A DNA stretch of 64,000 nt from Chloroflexota bacterium (GCA_009377635.1 WHTR01000001.1:41257-105256), one strand, 5' to 3'; shown: positions 39,424 to 49,852, numbered from the stretch's first letter. Translations and numbers: made by a program. Notes: generated from the sequence alone by a model not told the origin.

Positions 39424-40677
39424 GTGGTGACAACCGACGTCGCGGAACCTGCCCCAACACCTAGCTCCCAACCCCAATCCCCTACCCCACCGCTCACCGG
39501 CGTTCGCGTGTTGGACTTCACGCAGATCCTCGCCGGGCCGTTCTGCACGCGCCTGCTCGCGGACTTCGGCGCCGAGGTCCTCAAAGTCGAGACTGCGACT
39601 AGGACGGATCGAACCAGCGCTACCCGGCCCGATCCCAATGCGAAGGGCCGGCAGGACCGGCCGCCTGCCTTCCTCAATACGAACCGCAACAAGCGGTCGA
39701 TCGCGATCAATCTGAAGACGCCGAGCGGGAAAGGTCTCGCGACCAGGCTGGCGACCGTCGCTGACGTGGTGATCGAGAACTTCAGCGCTGACGTGATGGG
39801 CCGCCTGGGTCTGAGCTACGACCACCTGGCGCCTTTGAACCGCCGAATGATCTACGTCAGCATGGCCGGCTATGGCCATAGCGGGCCGCGTCGCGAGTGG
39901 ACCAGCATGAACATGAACTTGCAGGCGTACACTGGCCTGATGATGGTGAACGGCGCCGAGGGAGACCTCCCAACGTCGATTTCGAACTCGTGGAACGACT
40001 ACATCGGCGGCCTGCATGCCACGTTCGGCATCCTCCAGGCGCTGGCCGAGCGCCGCGTAACGGGCAAAGGTGCCAACCTGGACCTGGCGCAGTTCGAGTG
40101 CAGCGTGTCGACGCTCGCTCCCCTGCTGGTCGCCAGCGCGGCCAGCGGGCGGGCACCGCGCCGGATGGGCAATCGCTTCAGCCACGCGGCGCCCCAGGGC
40201 TGTTATCGGTGTGCGGGCAAGGACGAATGGTGCGTCATCACCATCCCGGACGATGACGCGTGGCACGCTCTGGTCGGCGTCGTGGACGCAAAGCTTTCCG
40301 ATCCACGATTCGACACCCTCGTTGCGCGACTGCGGCACCACGACGAGATCGACACCATTATCGAGGAGTGGACGAGCCAGCGCTCGAAGGAAGAGGTCGA
40401 GAGTCGCCTGGCGTCGGTCGGGGTCGCGGTCTCTCGGATGCGGCGCATCCGAGAGGTGTTCGAAGAGGAGGGCCCGACAGCATTCCGGTCGATGGAGGAT
40501 CCGCCGGGCCACATGACGGCGGCGACCGGCGTTCCCTTTTCGTTCGCCCGCAACGGCATCGCGCCCCTGGCCCCGGCGCCAAATCTCGGCGAGCACACCG
40601 AGCAGGCGCTCGGCGAGTGGCTCGGGCTCAGTCCGGACGAGGCGCGAGCGCTCGGCGAGCAGGGGGCGCTGGTGTGA
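39424..40677 (+). CDS. family III CoA-transferase (CaiB/BaiF-like), subunit 1
   Basis: LTGVRVLDFTQILAGPFCTRLLADFGAEVLKVE signature. GTG start is preceded by AGAGGAGA. Confidence 0.75.
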   Translation: MVTTDVAEPAPTPSSQPQSPTPPLTGVRVLDFTQILAGPFCTRLLADFGAEVLKVETATRTDRTSATRPDPNAKGRQDRPPAFLNTNRNKRSIAINLKTPSGKGLATRLATVADVVIENFSADVMGRLGLSYDHLAPLNRRMIYVSMAGYGHSGPRREWTSMNMNLQAYTGLMMVNGAEGDLPTSISNSWNDYIGGLHATFGILQALAERRVTGKGANLDLAQFECSVSTLAPLLVASAASGRAPRRMGNRFSHAAPQGCYRCAGKDEWCVITIPDDDAWHALVGVVDAKLSDPRFDTLVARLRHHDEIDTIIEEWTSQRSKEEVESRLASVGVAVSRMRRIREVFEEEGPTAFRSMEDPPGHMTAATGVPFSFARNGIAPLAPAPNLGEHTEQALGEWLGLSPDEARALGEQGALV

Positions 40678-41228
40678 CGGCCGAAGCGAGCACGATCATC
40701 ACACCCGAGCTGCAGGCGTGGGTAGGTAGCAGCGTCGGCCCGATTCAGCTGCCCGAGTCGCTCACTCCCGCCGACGTGCGCCGTTACCTCGACGCGACTG
40801 GCGACACGAACCCGCTCTGGACGGACGAATCGGTCGCCAGGGAGGCGGGCTACGCAGCCTGCCCCGTGCCGCCGATGCTAGTCTTCGAGCTGTACCGCCG
40901 GGCGGAGGGCGCAACCGGCGCTGGCGACGCCAACTTGTGGAAGGGTATGCCCCTGCCGACCAACTACACGGACACGCGGAACGCGGGTAACAAGATCGAA
41001 TGGCTGGCTCCGGCCTCGCTGGACGATCGGCTCGAGGTCCGCCATCAGCTCGCCGACATCACCGCGCGCCAGGGGCGGGCTGGCCTTGGCATCTACATCA
41101 CCCGGGAGTCGGAGTTCCGGAAGCAAGATGGCATCGTCGTCGTGCGACTGCGGGCGACGACCGTGAAGCTGCCGGCGAACAAGTCGGCGAAAGACGGAGA
41201 AGGGCGGTCGCGTGGCGCGGATCATTGA
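40674..41228 (+). CDS. MaoC-like hot-dog protein (hydratase N-terminal-type subunit, ChsH1-like)
   Basis: GTG overlaps the preceding stop (GTGA). Hot-dog fold length (~184 aa) with no catalytic hydratase motif, typical of the non-catalytic partner. Confidence 0.55.
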   Translation: MTAEASTIITPELQAWVGSSVGPIQLPESLTPADVRRYLDATGDTNPLWTDESVAREAGYAACPVPPMLVFELYRRAEGATGAGDANLWKGMPLPTNYTDTRNAGNKIEWLAPASLDDRLEVRHQLADITARQGRAGLGIYITRESEFRKQDGIVVVRLRATTVKLPANKSAKDGEGRSRGADH

Positions 41229-42342
41229 CCTCGCCGCGCATCCGGCTGTATACGCGACGCGGCTTTTCGCCGAGGTCGGTCACGACGTCATCCGTGTGGA
41301 GTCGGCGGCTGGCGACCAGGTGCGGCGGCTCGGCCCGTACCTAGGCGACCGCGAGGACCTGAACCACGGCGTCTTTCATCAGTATCTGAACGCGGGGAAG
41401 AAGAGCCTCGCGCTGAACGTCCAGTCGAGCGTCGGCAAGCAGATCCTCGTCGAACTCTGCCGCACGGCGGATGCCCTCGTCGTGATGGCGCCACCGCCGG
41501 TCGGTGAGCAGGATCTCGCCGCCGCGAATCCCCGCCTCGTTGTCACCATCGTGGAAGACGAGGAGCCGGAGATCTGCGCCTACGCCCGATCGGGACTGCT
41601 GTCGATTACCGGCCACCCCGGGCAACGCCCGGTCCTCATGGGCGGGCATGTCGCCTACGCGGCCACCGGCGCACTTGTCGCCGTCGCCACCGCCACGGCG
41701 CTTCTGGCCGCGGAGCAGAATGGCCAGGGTGACACCGTCCACGTCTCGCTGGCGGAGTGTCTGCAATCCCTGTTCGAGCAGGCGATGGTTACCTACGCAT
41801 CGACGGGAAGGAGCACCGAGCGGCGCGGCTATCGTGGCGCGGTGACGGCGGTATCGGGGGCCTTTCCGACCCAGGACGGCTACTCGATGTTTAGCATCCC
41901 CTCCCATCCCGAGGGGTGGCGCGGCTTCATGAGCTGGGTGCAGGACTCCGTGCTGCTCGAAGACGAGAGCCTGGTCGAGGAGACCGAGCGGCAGGAGAAG
42001 AAGGACTTCATCCTGGACCGGCTCGAAAGCTGGTCGCGCGGGTTCTTGAAGGAAGACATCGTGAGCGAGGCGCAGCGGCGTCACATTCCGGCGTCGCCCG
42101 TGGCGACGCCTCTCGATCTCGCCCGCGACCCACAGCTTATCCATCGCGGATTCCTGCGCGAGGTGGACCACGCCGGCCTCGGGAAAATGTTGTTCCCGAT
42201 CGGCGCCCTGGCGACCGTGCGGGGCACGCCGACCGGCTTCGCGCCCAGGTTGGGACAGCACACGACCGAGATCCTGAGCGAGCTTGGCTACTCAACGGAG
42301 GAGCGACAGGCCCTCATCGAGAGCCGAGTGCTATGGGCGTGA
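41212..42342 (+). CDS. family III CoA-transferase, subunit 2
   Basis: GTG start (VARIIDLAAH…) with GGAGAAGGG RBS; 376 aa. Family III fold without the full GxxxLD N-terminus. Confidence 0.7.
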   Translation: MARIIDLAAHPAVYATRLFAEVGHDVIRVESAAGDQVRRLGPYLGDREDLNHGVFHQYLNAGKKSLALNVQSSVGKQILVELCRTADALVVMAPPPVGEQDLAAANPRLVVTIVEDEEPEICAYARSGLLSITGHPGQRPVLMGGHVAYAATGALVAVATATALLAAEQNGQGDTVHVSLAECLQSLFEQAMVTYASTGRSTERRGYRGAVTAVSGAFPTQDGYSMFSIPSHPEGWRGFMSWVQDSVLLEDESLVEETERQEKKDFILDRLESWSRGFLKEDIVSEAQRRHIPASPVATPLDLARDPQLIHRGFLREVDHAGLGKMLFPIGALATVRGTPTGFAPRLGQHTTEILSELGYSTEERQALIESRVLWA

Positions 42343-42806
42343 TTTCCGCCGCCACCTCGGCACAGCCGTGGTTCGTGGACGTGCAGGTCGGTGACCAGAT
42401 CCCGACTCGAGAGTTTGGTCCGCTCACGATCCTGGAAACCGTTCGCTGGGCCGGTTTCCAGGAGAACTGGGCGCGGCTGCACTTCGACCGCGACTACGTG
42501 CGCGAGCACAGCGGGCTGCGCACGTTCATCGCAAGCGGCGCGTACCGCCAGGCCTTGCTGCTGCGCGTTGTAACCGACTGGATCGGCACCCGGGGCTGGC
42601 TGAGGAAGGTCAATGTCCGCCAGACCAGCCCGACATACGAGGGCGATCTGATGCGCTTCTCCGGTCGAATTGTCGAGAAGTCCGAATCGCCCGCTGACCC
42701 GTGGCTCGTCTGCGAGCTTCAGGGCGAGAACCAGGACGGGCAGCAGATCATGACGGGCCGCTGCACGGTGACGTTGCCTACCAGGGCCGCGGAGCCGAAA
42801 GGATGA
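42333..42806 (+). CDS. MaoC-like (R)-specific enoyl-CoA hydratase domain protein (ChsH2-like catalytic partner)
   Basis: ATG 42333 overlaps the upstream gene by 10 nt. MaoC dehydratase hot-dog; 157 aa. Confidence 0.6.
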   Translation: MGVISAATSAQPWFVDVQVGDQIPTREFGPLTILETVRWAGFQENWARLHFDRDYVREHSGLRTFIASGAYRQALLLRVVTDWIGTRGWLRKVNVRQTSPTYEGDLMRFSGRIVEKSESPADPWLVCELQGENQDGQQIMTGRCTVTLPTRAAEPKG

Positions 42807-43957
42807 GGGCTGGAACGCAGTGCGCTATAGTCGGATCGGCCGAGACCGAGGTCGGCAAGCTGCCGGGACGGTCAGCCCTGCAGCTGCGGCTGGAAGCCGC
42901 GGTGAAGGCGATCGAAGACGCCGGCCTCGACAAACACCGGATCGACGGGTTGGTCGCCCGCCAGCCGATGCGCAATCCCCAGTCGAACTACTCAGGGCTG
43001 ATGTCGGAGCGGCTGGGCATCGAGCCGTCCTACACTACGGACATCAGCCTGAGTGGCGCCGGGTCGGCATCCATGGTGCTGAGCGCTGTCTCCGCCATCC
43101 AGGCAGGCATCTGCACGACCGTGCTGTGCGTGGGCGGGGACGCAGCGACCGCCTATCGCGGCCAGCCATCGCGGGGCCGGCTCGCAAGCGAGGGCGAGGA
43201 TTTTCGCTCGCCGTTCGGCGCGGATGGCGCGCCGGTCATGTACGCGCTCGCCGCGCAACGACACATGTACGAGTACGGCACGAAATCGGAGCAGTTCGGC
43301 GCGGTGGCGGTGGCGTGCCGCCGGCATGCAAGTCTCAACCCCAACGCGCAGATGCGCACGCCGATCACCATCCAGGACCATCAGAGCTCCAAATTCATCG
43401 TCGAGCCGTTCCGCCTTCTAGATTGCTCGCTGGTGTCCGATGGCGCGGGCGCCATCATCGTTACCACCGCGGAGAGGGCGCAGGATCTCCCCCAACCCCC
43501 CGTGCAGGCGCTCGGGATGGGGAACGCGTGTCGCTTCAGCGAGATGACGTACAACGTCCCGATCACGACCACGGCGGCGCCCGACGCCGCTCGCCGCGCC
43601 TTCCGGATGGCAGGCGTCGATGCCGCCGACGTCGATTTCGCGGAGCTATACGACTGCTTTACGCCGGTCGTCGTGATGACGCTGGAGGACTACGGCTTTT
43701 GTGGGAAGGGCGAGGGCGGCGCCTTCGTCGAGAGCGGCCGCATTGAGCTGGGCGGCGAGCTACCGGTTAACACCCACGGCGGCCTGCTGTCCCAGGCGCA
43801 CATCGGCGGCATGCTCCACATCACCGAGGCTGTAACCCAGTTGCGCCACCAGGCGGGCGAGCGTCAGGTCGACGGGGCCAGGGTCGGCGTCGTCAGTGGC
43901 CAATGTGGCGAGCTCGGCATCCACGTCACGCTGGTTCTTGGAGCCGATGGCCGATGA
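42803..43957 (+). CDS. thiolase-like SCP-x/Ltp2-type protein (putative retro-aldolase/thiolase)
   Basis: ATGA overlap. Thiolase fold with the non-lipid-transfer-protein pattern (…CVGGDAATA…, no classical Cys-His-Cys thiolase triad evident). Confidence 0.7.
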   Translation: MRAGTQCAIVGSAETEVGKLPGRSALQLRLEAAVKAIEDAGLDKHRIDGLVARQPMRNPQSNYSGLMSERLGIEPSYTTDISLSGAGSASMVLSAVSAIQAGICTTVLCVGGDAATAYRGQPSRGRLASEGEDFRSPFGADGAPVMYALAAQRHMYEYGTKSEQFGAVAVACRRHASLNPNAQMRTPITIQDHQSSKFIVEPFRLLDCSLVSDGAGAIIVTTAERAQDLPQPPVQALGMGNACRFSEMTYNVPITTTAAPDAARRAFRMAGVDAADVDFAELYDCFTPVVVMTLEDYGFCGKGEGGAFVESGRIELGGELPVNTHGGLLSQAHIGGMLHITEAVTQLRHQAGERQVDGARVGVVSGQCGELGIHVTLVLGADGR

Positions 43958-44367
43958 AAGCTGCGCCGCGCAGGCCGCTGCCGCAAGTCTCCGACATCGA
44001 GACGAAGCCCTTCTGGGAGGGGTGCGCGCGCGGCGAGATCCTGCTCCAGCGCTGCCTCGACTGCAGCGCCGTCCGTCATCCGCCGAGTCCGATCTGCTCC
44101 GGCTGCCTTTCCTCTCGCCTTGAGTGGGTGCCAGCCAGCGGAAACGCCACCGTCTACAGCTTCGTGGTCGTCCACCGCGCGTTTCACGCGGCCTTCGAGG
44201 AAGACGTGCCCTACGTGGTGGCGATCGTCGAGCTCGAGGAAGGGCCGCACATGCTGAGCAACGTAGTCGAAGTACCGCCAGAGAGCGTGGAGATCGGCAT
44301 GCCGCTGCGGGTCTGCTTCGACTGCGTCTCTGACGAGGTCACACTGCCGAAGTTCAAGCCCGCATAG
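43954..44367 (+). CDS. DUF35 OB-fold/zinc-ribbon protein (Ltp2/BbsA/IpfE-type partner)
   Basis: ATGA overlap. CLDCSAVRHPPSPICSGCLS zinc ribbon followed by an OB fold (EGPHMLSNVVEV). Confidence 0.7.
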   Translation: MKAAPRRPLPQVSDIETKPFWEGCARGEILLQRCLDCSAVRHPPSPICSGCLSSRLEWVPASGNATVYSFVVVHRAFHAAFEEDVPYVVAIVELEEGPHMLSNVVEVPPESVEIGMPLRVCFDCVSDEVTLPKFKPA

Positions 44368-44424
44368 GGCTACGCGGACGAGAGGTATGCTCTCACAGTC
44401 GAAATGACCGAGCGGGGGCAGAGG

Positions 44425-45720
44425 ATGCTCAAGAAAGAGGAAAACGAGCTCCTGACGCGAGTGGGGCCCGGCACGCCCGGCGGCGAGATGCTGCGGCGCT
44501 ACTGGCAGCCCGCCGCCCTCTCCGTCGAGCTTCCGCCTGGCGGCCCGCCGGTCCCCCTACGCCTGCTGGGGGAGGGCCTCGTCATGTTCCGCGACCAGGA
44601 GGGGCGACTTGGCCTCCTCGGACTGCACTGCAGCCATCGTGGGGCTGACCTCAGCTATGGGCGGCTGGAGGATGGTGGAATCCGCTGCCTTTATCACGGC
44701 TGGCTCTACGACGTCGAGGGCCGATGCCTCGAACAGCCGGGCGAGCCGGCTGGCAGCACGTTTCACGACCGTATTCGTCACCCCGCCTACCGGTGCCACG
44801 AGGTCGCAGGCGTGATCTTTACCTATATGGGCCCAGGCGAGCCACCGCTCTTCCCGAACTACGAGCTGTTCCGCGTGCCGGACGACAACCGCTGGGTTCA
44901 CAAGCAGTACCACGAGTGCAGCTATCTCCAGGGCAACGAGGGGAACATCGACTCGATTCACGTGCGGTTTCTGCACCGTTATCTGCCCGGCAGTCGGTTC
45001 CGCCGCTCCAGGGAGCTGGACGGCGAGGGCCGCCCGGCTCGACCCTTCGATGAAAGCTTGCCCTCCTCAGCGTCGAGGTGCGAGGAGACCCACTTCGGCG
45101 TTCGCATCTACTCGCTCCACGACACGCACGCCGCCACCTACATGCGGACGACAAACTTCGTTATCCCGCTGACGTGTGCCGTGCCGGGCGGGCCCGCGCC
45201 GCCGGGTGACGGCTACCTGATGAACTGGCACGTGCCGATTGACGACACGCACCACTGGCGGTTCTCCATGGCCTTCAAGCGCTCCGGCCCGCTCGACCCG
45301 AACTACGCGCAGGCGCGGGCCTCTGTTACCGACGAGACCTTCCGCTCGCCCCGCAATAAGGCGAACCGCTACCTACAGGATCGCGAGGAGCAGAAGCACG
45401 ACACGTACGCCGGCATGGGCCCGATCTTCGTCGTGCAGGACGCCTTTGCGACCGAGACCGCGGGCGAGATCCAGGACCGCTCGAGAGAGCACCTGGCGGC
45501 GAGCGATGCCGGTCTCGCAGCCGCTCGCCGGATGATGCTGCGGGCAATCAAGGACGTGCAGGAGGACCGCGACCCGCCGCACGTCATCCGTCGACCTGAA
45601 GACCAGGACCGCCTGCTGGAGATCAGCGTGACCAGCGAGCAGGTGCCAGTCGGCACGACGTGGGAGCAATACCGCGTGCAGCGCGGGGTCACGTTCGGCG
45701 CCATCGGCATCGAGGACTAG
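44425..45720 (+). CDS. Rieske non-heme iron oxygenase alpha subunit
   Basis: MLKKEENELLTRVGPGTPGGEMLRRYWQP; CSHRG…C.YHGW; ends in TAG. Confidence 0.8.
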   Translation: MLKKEENELLTRVGPGTPGGEMLRRYWQPAALSVELPPGGPPVPLRLLGEGLVMFRDQEGRLGLLGLHCSHRGADLSYGRLEDGGIRCLYHGWLYDVEGRCLEQPGEPAGSTFHDRIRHPAYRCHEVAGVIFTYMGPGEPPLFPNYELFRVPDDNRWVHKQYHECSYLQGNEGNIDSIHVRFLHRYLPGSRFRRSRELDGEGRPARPFDESLPSSASRCEETHFGVRIYSLHDTHAATYMRTTNFVIPLTCAVPGGPAPPGDGYLMNWHVPIDDTHHWRFSMAFKRSGPLDPNYAQARASVTDETFRSPRNKANRYLQDREEQKHDTYAGMGPIFVVQDAFATETAGEIQDRSREHLAASDAGLAAARRMMLRAIKDVQEDRDPPHVIRRPEDQDRLLEISVTSEQVPVGTTWEQYRVQRGVTFGAIGIED

Positions 45721-45725
45721 GATCG

Positions 45726-47444
45726 ATGGATCTCCACCTTCCGGTCCGGGCGCTGTCGACGCTTGTGCTCATGCTTGCCGCGTGTACGCCGACCAGCGGC
45801 CCGCGAGAGCAAGCCGCGGAACCCGTGCAGCAGCAGAGTGCTTCTCGTGCCCTAGTCATGGCGGTCAACACCGAGGTGAAGACGCTCGCGGCGAAGATGC
45901 TCGGCCCGACTAACCCTGAGCGGACGACGCGGATCTTCAATGCCGGCCTCTCGCTCGTCGACGCCCAGGGCGTCGTGCGCCCGTACATGGCCGAGGCTCT
46001 GCCCCAGCTCAACAGTGATAGTTGGAGGGTCTTTCCGGACGGGCGCATGGAGACGACGTGGAAGCTCCGCCCGGGCCTCACATGGCACGATGGGACCCCG
46101 CTGAGCGCGGAGGATTTCGCCTTCGGCTACCGCGTCTATACCTCGCCGCTCGCCGTCTTCTCGGCGAAGCCGCAACATCTGATGTCCGAAGTCTCCGCCC
46201 CGGACCCCACGACGCTCATCATCACCTGGAGCAGGTCGTATCCCGATGCGACACAGCTCTCGTCCACCGAGTTCGGCCCGCTCCCCCGCCATCTGCTGGA
46301 ACCGCAGTTCTCCAGCTACCTGCAGGACGCCGCCAACCCAGAGCCCTTCCTCGCCCTCCGCTACTGGAGCACGGAGTTCGTCGGTAACGGCCCATTCCGC
46401 CTAGCGAGCTGGGATGCCGGTATCCAGATGGAGGGCGCGGCTTTCGACGGCCATCCGCTCGGACGTCCGAAGATTGACCGGGTCGTCATCCGCTTCTTCA
46501 CCGACAACAACGTCACCTTGACGAACATCCTGGCGGGCAACGTCGACCTCACGATGATCCAGACGCTCCCGTTCTAGCAAGGCTTGCTGCTCGAACGGGA
46601 CTGGGCGACCAGCAAGCGTGGCTCGGTGATCTACCAGTCGACGTCCACGCAGACTATCGCCGTCCAGCAGCGTCCGGAGTTTGTTGGCTCCCGTGCCCTC
46701 CTGGACGTCCGCGTCCGAAGGGCTCTTGCCCACGGAATCGATCGCGATGCGCTGAACGAGGCGCTCTTCTCAGGCAAGGGTTCGATCGTCCACTCGTGGG
46801 TGGATCCCAGGCAGTCGATCTTTCCCGAGGTGGACCGGGCCATCACGAAGTATCCCTACGATCCACTTCGCCTTGACCAGCTCTTGACCGAAGCCGGCTT
46901 CCATCGCGACCGGGAAGGCTTTTTCGCGAGCGAGGCGGGCGAGCGATTTCAGCCGAGTCTGTGGGTCACGTTCAGTACCCAGCTCGAGCGGCAGCTCGCG
47001 ATCATGACGGATACGTGGCGGCAGGCGGGCGTCGACTTCCAACCGTATATCATCCCGGGCGCGCAGGCGCGCGATAACCAGTTCCGGTCAACGTTCCCCG
47101 GCCTGCTCGGCTACGGAGTCAGTCCCGCCACGATCTCCGCGCTTGAGACGTTCACCACGGACCAGATTGGCAGCGCGTCGACGCGCTGGGGCGGCCAGAA
47201 CCGCGGCGGGTGGGCAAGCCTCGAGTACGACCGCCTGCTCGTCGCATTCCACAGCACGCTCGATACGACGGCCCGCACCCGACACGCGGTGGACATGCTC
47301 AAGCTGCTGAGCGAGGAGGCGCCGACCTATCCAGCCTTCCGCGACCAGGGCATCATCTGCTACGTCGCGGGCCTCAGGGGACCGGAACAGCAACTGCCCG
47401 AAGCCCTCGCCCACTGGAACATCCACCTCTGGGAGCTCAGTTAA
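45726..47444 (+). pseudogene. SBP family 5 lipoprotein paralog interrupted by an in-frame TAG (46576..46578) at a conserved Glu position
   Basis: Signal MDLHLPVRALSTLVLMLAAC. ...TMIQTLPF*QGLLLERDW aligns to ...VRWEQAQVLRNEW of 20994..22730. Downstream frame is intact to 47444. Confidence 0.7.
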
Positions 47445-47454
47445 GGACTTGAGG

Positions 47455-47758
47455 ATCGCGGTAGGGACAGCCCTTGCGGGCTGCCCCCCGCACAGATCCC
47501 AGCGCGCGGCATTACCGCACTGGGCTCCTGCCTCGGGTACGGGCGTCGAAGCGCTCACGAGGGGAGGATGCCTTGTCCCTTCGTGCTCCTTCACGCACAC
47601 GATCCAGCTCGTTTGGCACGCCTGGCCCGGCACTGCGTCCGGGACGTGTTGTGCTGGTCGTGTTCCCCTTGGCCGGGCGCCTTTCCTCCACCACCTCCGC
47701 GGCCGAAGCCTTGTTCGGCGGCTTCGCAGGTGTCGGGTCGGGGGAGGCGGCGGAGCAC
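47455..47758 (-). mobile_element. 3' segment of an intron-1-like group II intron (host intron 1'): RT leader remainder, ORF deletion, domain V/VI
   Basis: Reverse complement aligns to 35494..35660 and 36900..36997 of intron 1. Candidate domain V at 47495..47527. Ends …CGCGAT|CCTCAAG 11 nt after the SBP stop. Confidence 0.55.
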
Positions 47759-49852
47759 GCTCCGCTACCTCCGCCCGCCCTTCCGAACCGCCCGTGCGGT
47801 TTTCCCGCAAGCGGCTCTCACCGGGAGTAGCCCTTCTGGCGGTAGTAGCTCGCCATGCTGGGGATCAGCTGCAGGAGGTTGACCAGGCCGCATTCCCCAT
47901 AGAGCTTCGCTCGGGGTAGTCGCTTCCACCCCGCGTTGCGCCACCGTTTGTGGCGCCAGCTCCAGATACGCCGCACAATCCAGCCATTGAGCCGGTGGAA
48001 CAACCGCCGCACATGTGCACGGCGGTAGTAGTTGCCCCACCCTCGGATGACGGGGTTGAGCTCGTCCAACACCCCTTCGAGGGCCTTCGGGTTCCGCCGA
48101 TTGGTAATCTGGCGTACCCTGTTCTTGAAGCGCTCGACCGAGCGGTCCCGAGGATACGCGTACAGGTCCGGGACTCCGGCCTTGTACTTCATCCCCGTCC
48201 CCCGCTTGATCTTGTACCCCAAGAACTCGAAGCCCTGAGCGACATGGACGATGCGCGTCTTGTCCGGGTGAACCCGAAGCCCGAGTTCTCCCTCCAGCAC
48301 TGCTCGGGCGCTCGCCAGCGCCCGCTCCGCCTCCCGCCGGGACGCGCAGACGATCACCCAATCATCGCCGTACCTGGTGAGGGCAGAGCCAGCCTCTGCC
48401 ATCTTCTCATCGAAGACGTGCAGATAGACGTTGCTGAGCAACGGGCTGACCACCCCACCTTGAGGAACCCCAGCGATCGTGGGCTCCACCTGTCCATCCC
48501 GGAGCACGCCGGCCTGGAGAAACTGCCATAGCAGCCTCAACACCTTGCTGTCCGCCACCCTCTCCGCCACGAAGTCGACCAGGGTGGAGTGCGAGAGCGT
48601 CCCGAAGTAGTCGGCGATGTCCGCGTCCACCACCCAGCAGTTCCCTGCCTTCAGCTGCCGCCAGATGCGCCGCATGGCCATATGCGTCGACCGCCCCGGG
48701 CGAAAGCCGAAGCTCTCGTCTCGAAACGTCGGCTCAAAGATCGGCTCCAGGACCTGCACCAGGGCCTGCTGACATACCCGATCCATCACCGTCGGGATTC
48801 CCAACGGGCGCTTGGTGTTCGAGCCTGGCTTGTCGATCTCCACCCGCCGCACGGGCCGCGGCCGATAGCTGCCATCTTTCAGCTTCTGATGCAGGAGAGC
48901 GAGGTAGTGGTCCCGGTCCTCCTCAAACCGAGCGACGGTCATTCCGTCAACGCCGCCAGCGCCCCTCTTCGCCTTGACGCGCTCCCACGCCCCGGCCAGG
49001 TTCCGTGGGTCATAGACCTGGTAGATCAGCGAGTGCGCCTTGCGTGCCTGCACGGACTGCACCTACCTGGCTCCCCATCGCCGGCTCTCGGGTCTCCTCA
49101 GCGCCAGCGCCTCGGTCATTGCCGCAGCAACCATCAGTCCGCTGGCATCCCTACTCGCCCGATCCCCGGCTCGGCTCGCCATCTCCCGACGTGACCCCTT
49201 CCCCCTGGTCGGCGCCTTTTGGGTCACCGCCCGCCGCCTCACGATGGAGACGGTCCCGGGGCTTGTGTTCTTCCCCGGTTCATGAGTACCACGGGTCACT
49301 CCGACTTCTCGCACGGCATCCCCGACGACTTCACCTGCCGGCTTATACGCCCAGGTACCCACCCCCGTCGAGGCGGGACCGTACGAGACCTCCCGGGGTA
49401 ACGTATGCTCCTTTCCCACCGTGCCGCCCGCACACACCTTGATGCGCCCAGGCACTCCAAGTATTTCCTTCGCCGCCATAGTGCCGGCTCGGTCTCGCCT
49501 GGACTTTGGCCGACCGGTTCGCCTTGTTCGGCTCCGGCCCGGTGGTTCGCCGCAAACCCTTCAGACCCCACCTCACGGTGGGCGCCCTGTCCTGCGTGCC
49601 TGACGCCGAAGACCGCGAGACGAGTGGCGGCCGACATGACGGTCGGTAGGTGACGCGCGCACATCCCGGTCGTTTCCTGAACCGGCGCCCATGTCCCGTC
49701 ACCGTGGGCCATCCCCTGCCACACCCCCTCTCGTCTCCTCCAACACCAGCCACACCCGGCGAGGCATTACCCCCGCCTTTGGCTACGGACCCCGCTTGGA
49801 GAACGGTCCGGCTGGACTTTCACCAGCTAGGAACATGCGCCGCCCGGCGCAC
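47759..49852 (-). mobile_element. group II intron (intron 2), apparently intact, nested inside intron 1'
   Basis: 5' GTGCGCC at 49852, 3' …CGAC at 47759. Domain V GAGCCGCTTGCGGGAAAACCGCACGGGCGGTTC at 47784..47816 (minus), right after the RT stop. ~2.1 kb. Confidence 0.65.
47818..49062 (-). CDS. group II intron reverse transcriptase/maturase (no endonuclease domain evident)
   Basis: 414 aa. GAGGVDGMT…LGIPTVMDRVCQQAL…YGDDWVIV…maturase X region. Possible frameshifted leader upstream (49063..49479). Confidence 0.8.
   Translation of the reverse strand: MQSVQARKAHSLIYQVYDPRNLAGAWERVKAKRGAGGVDGMTVARFEEDRDHYLALLHQKLKDGSYRPRPVRRVEIDKPGSNTKRPLGIPTVMDRVCQQALVQVLEPIFEPTFRDESFGFRPGRSTHMAMRRIWRQLKAGNCWVVDADIADYFGTLSHSTLVDFVAERVADSKVLRLLWQFLQAGVLRDGQVEPTIAGVPQGGVVSPLLSNVYLHVFDEKMAEAGSALTRYGDDWVIVCASRREAERALASARAVLEGELGLRVHPDKTRIVHVAQGFEFLGYKIKRGTGMKYKAGVPDLYAYPRDRSVERFKNRVRQITNRRNPKALEGVLDELNPVIRGWGNYYRRAHVRRLFHRLNGWIVRRIWSWRHKRWRNAGWKRLPRAKLYGECGLVNLLQLIPSMASYYRQKGYSR

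Noticed and set aside
38300-40596. Minus-strand ORFs 38300..39205 and 39391..40596
   Set aside because: They are antisense to the HIBADH-like and CoA-transferase genes of the coupled operon, and low-complexity.
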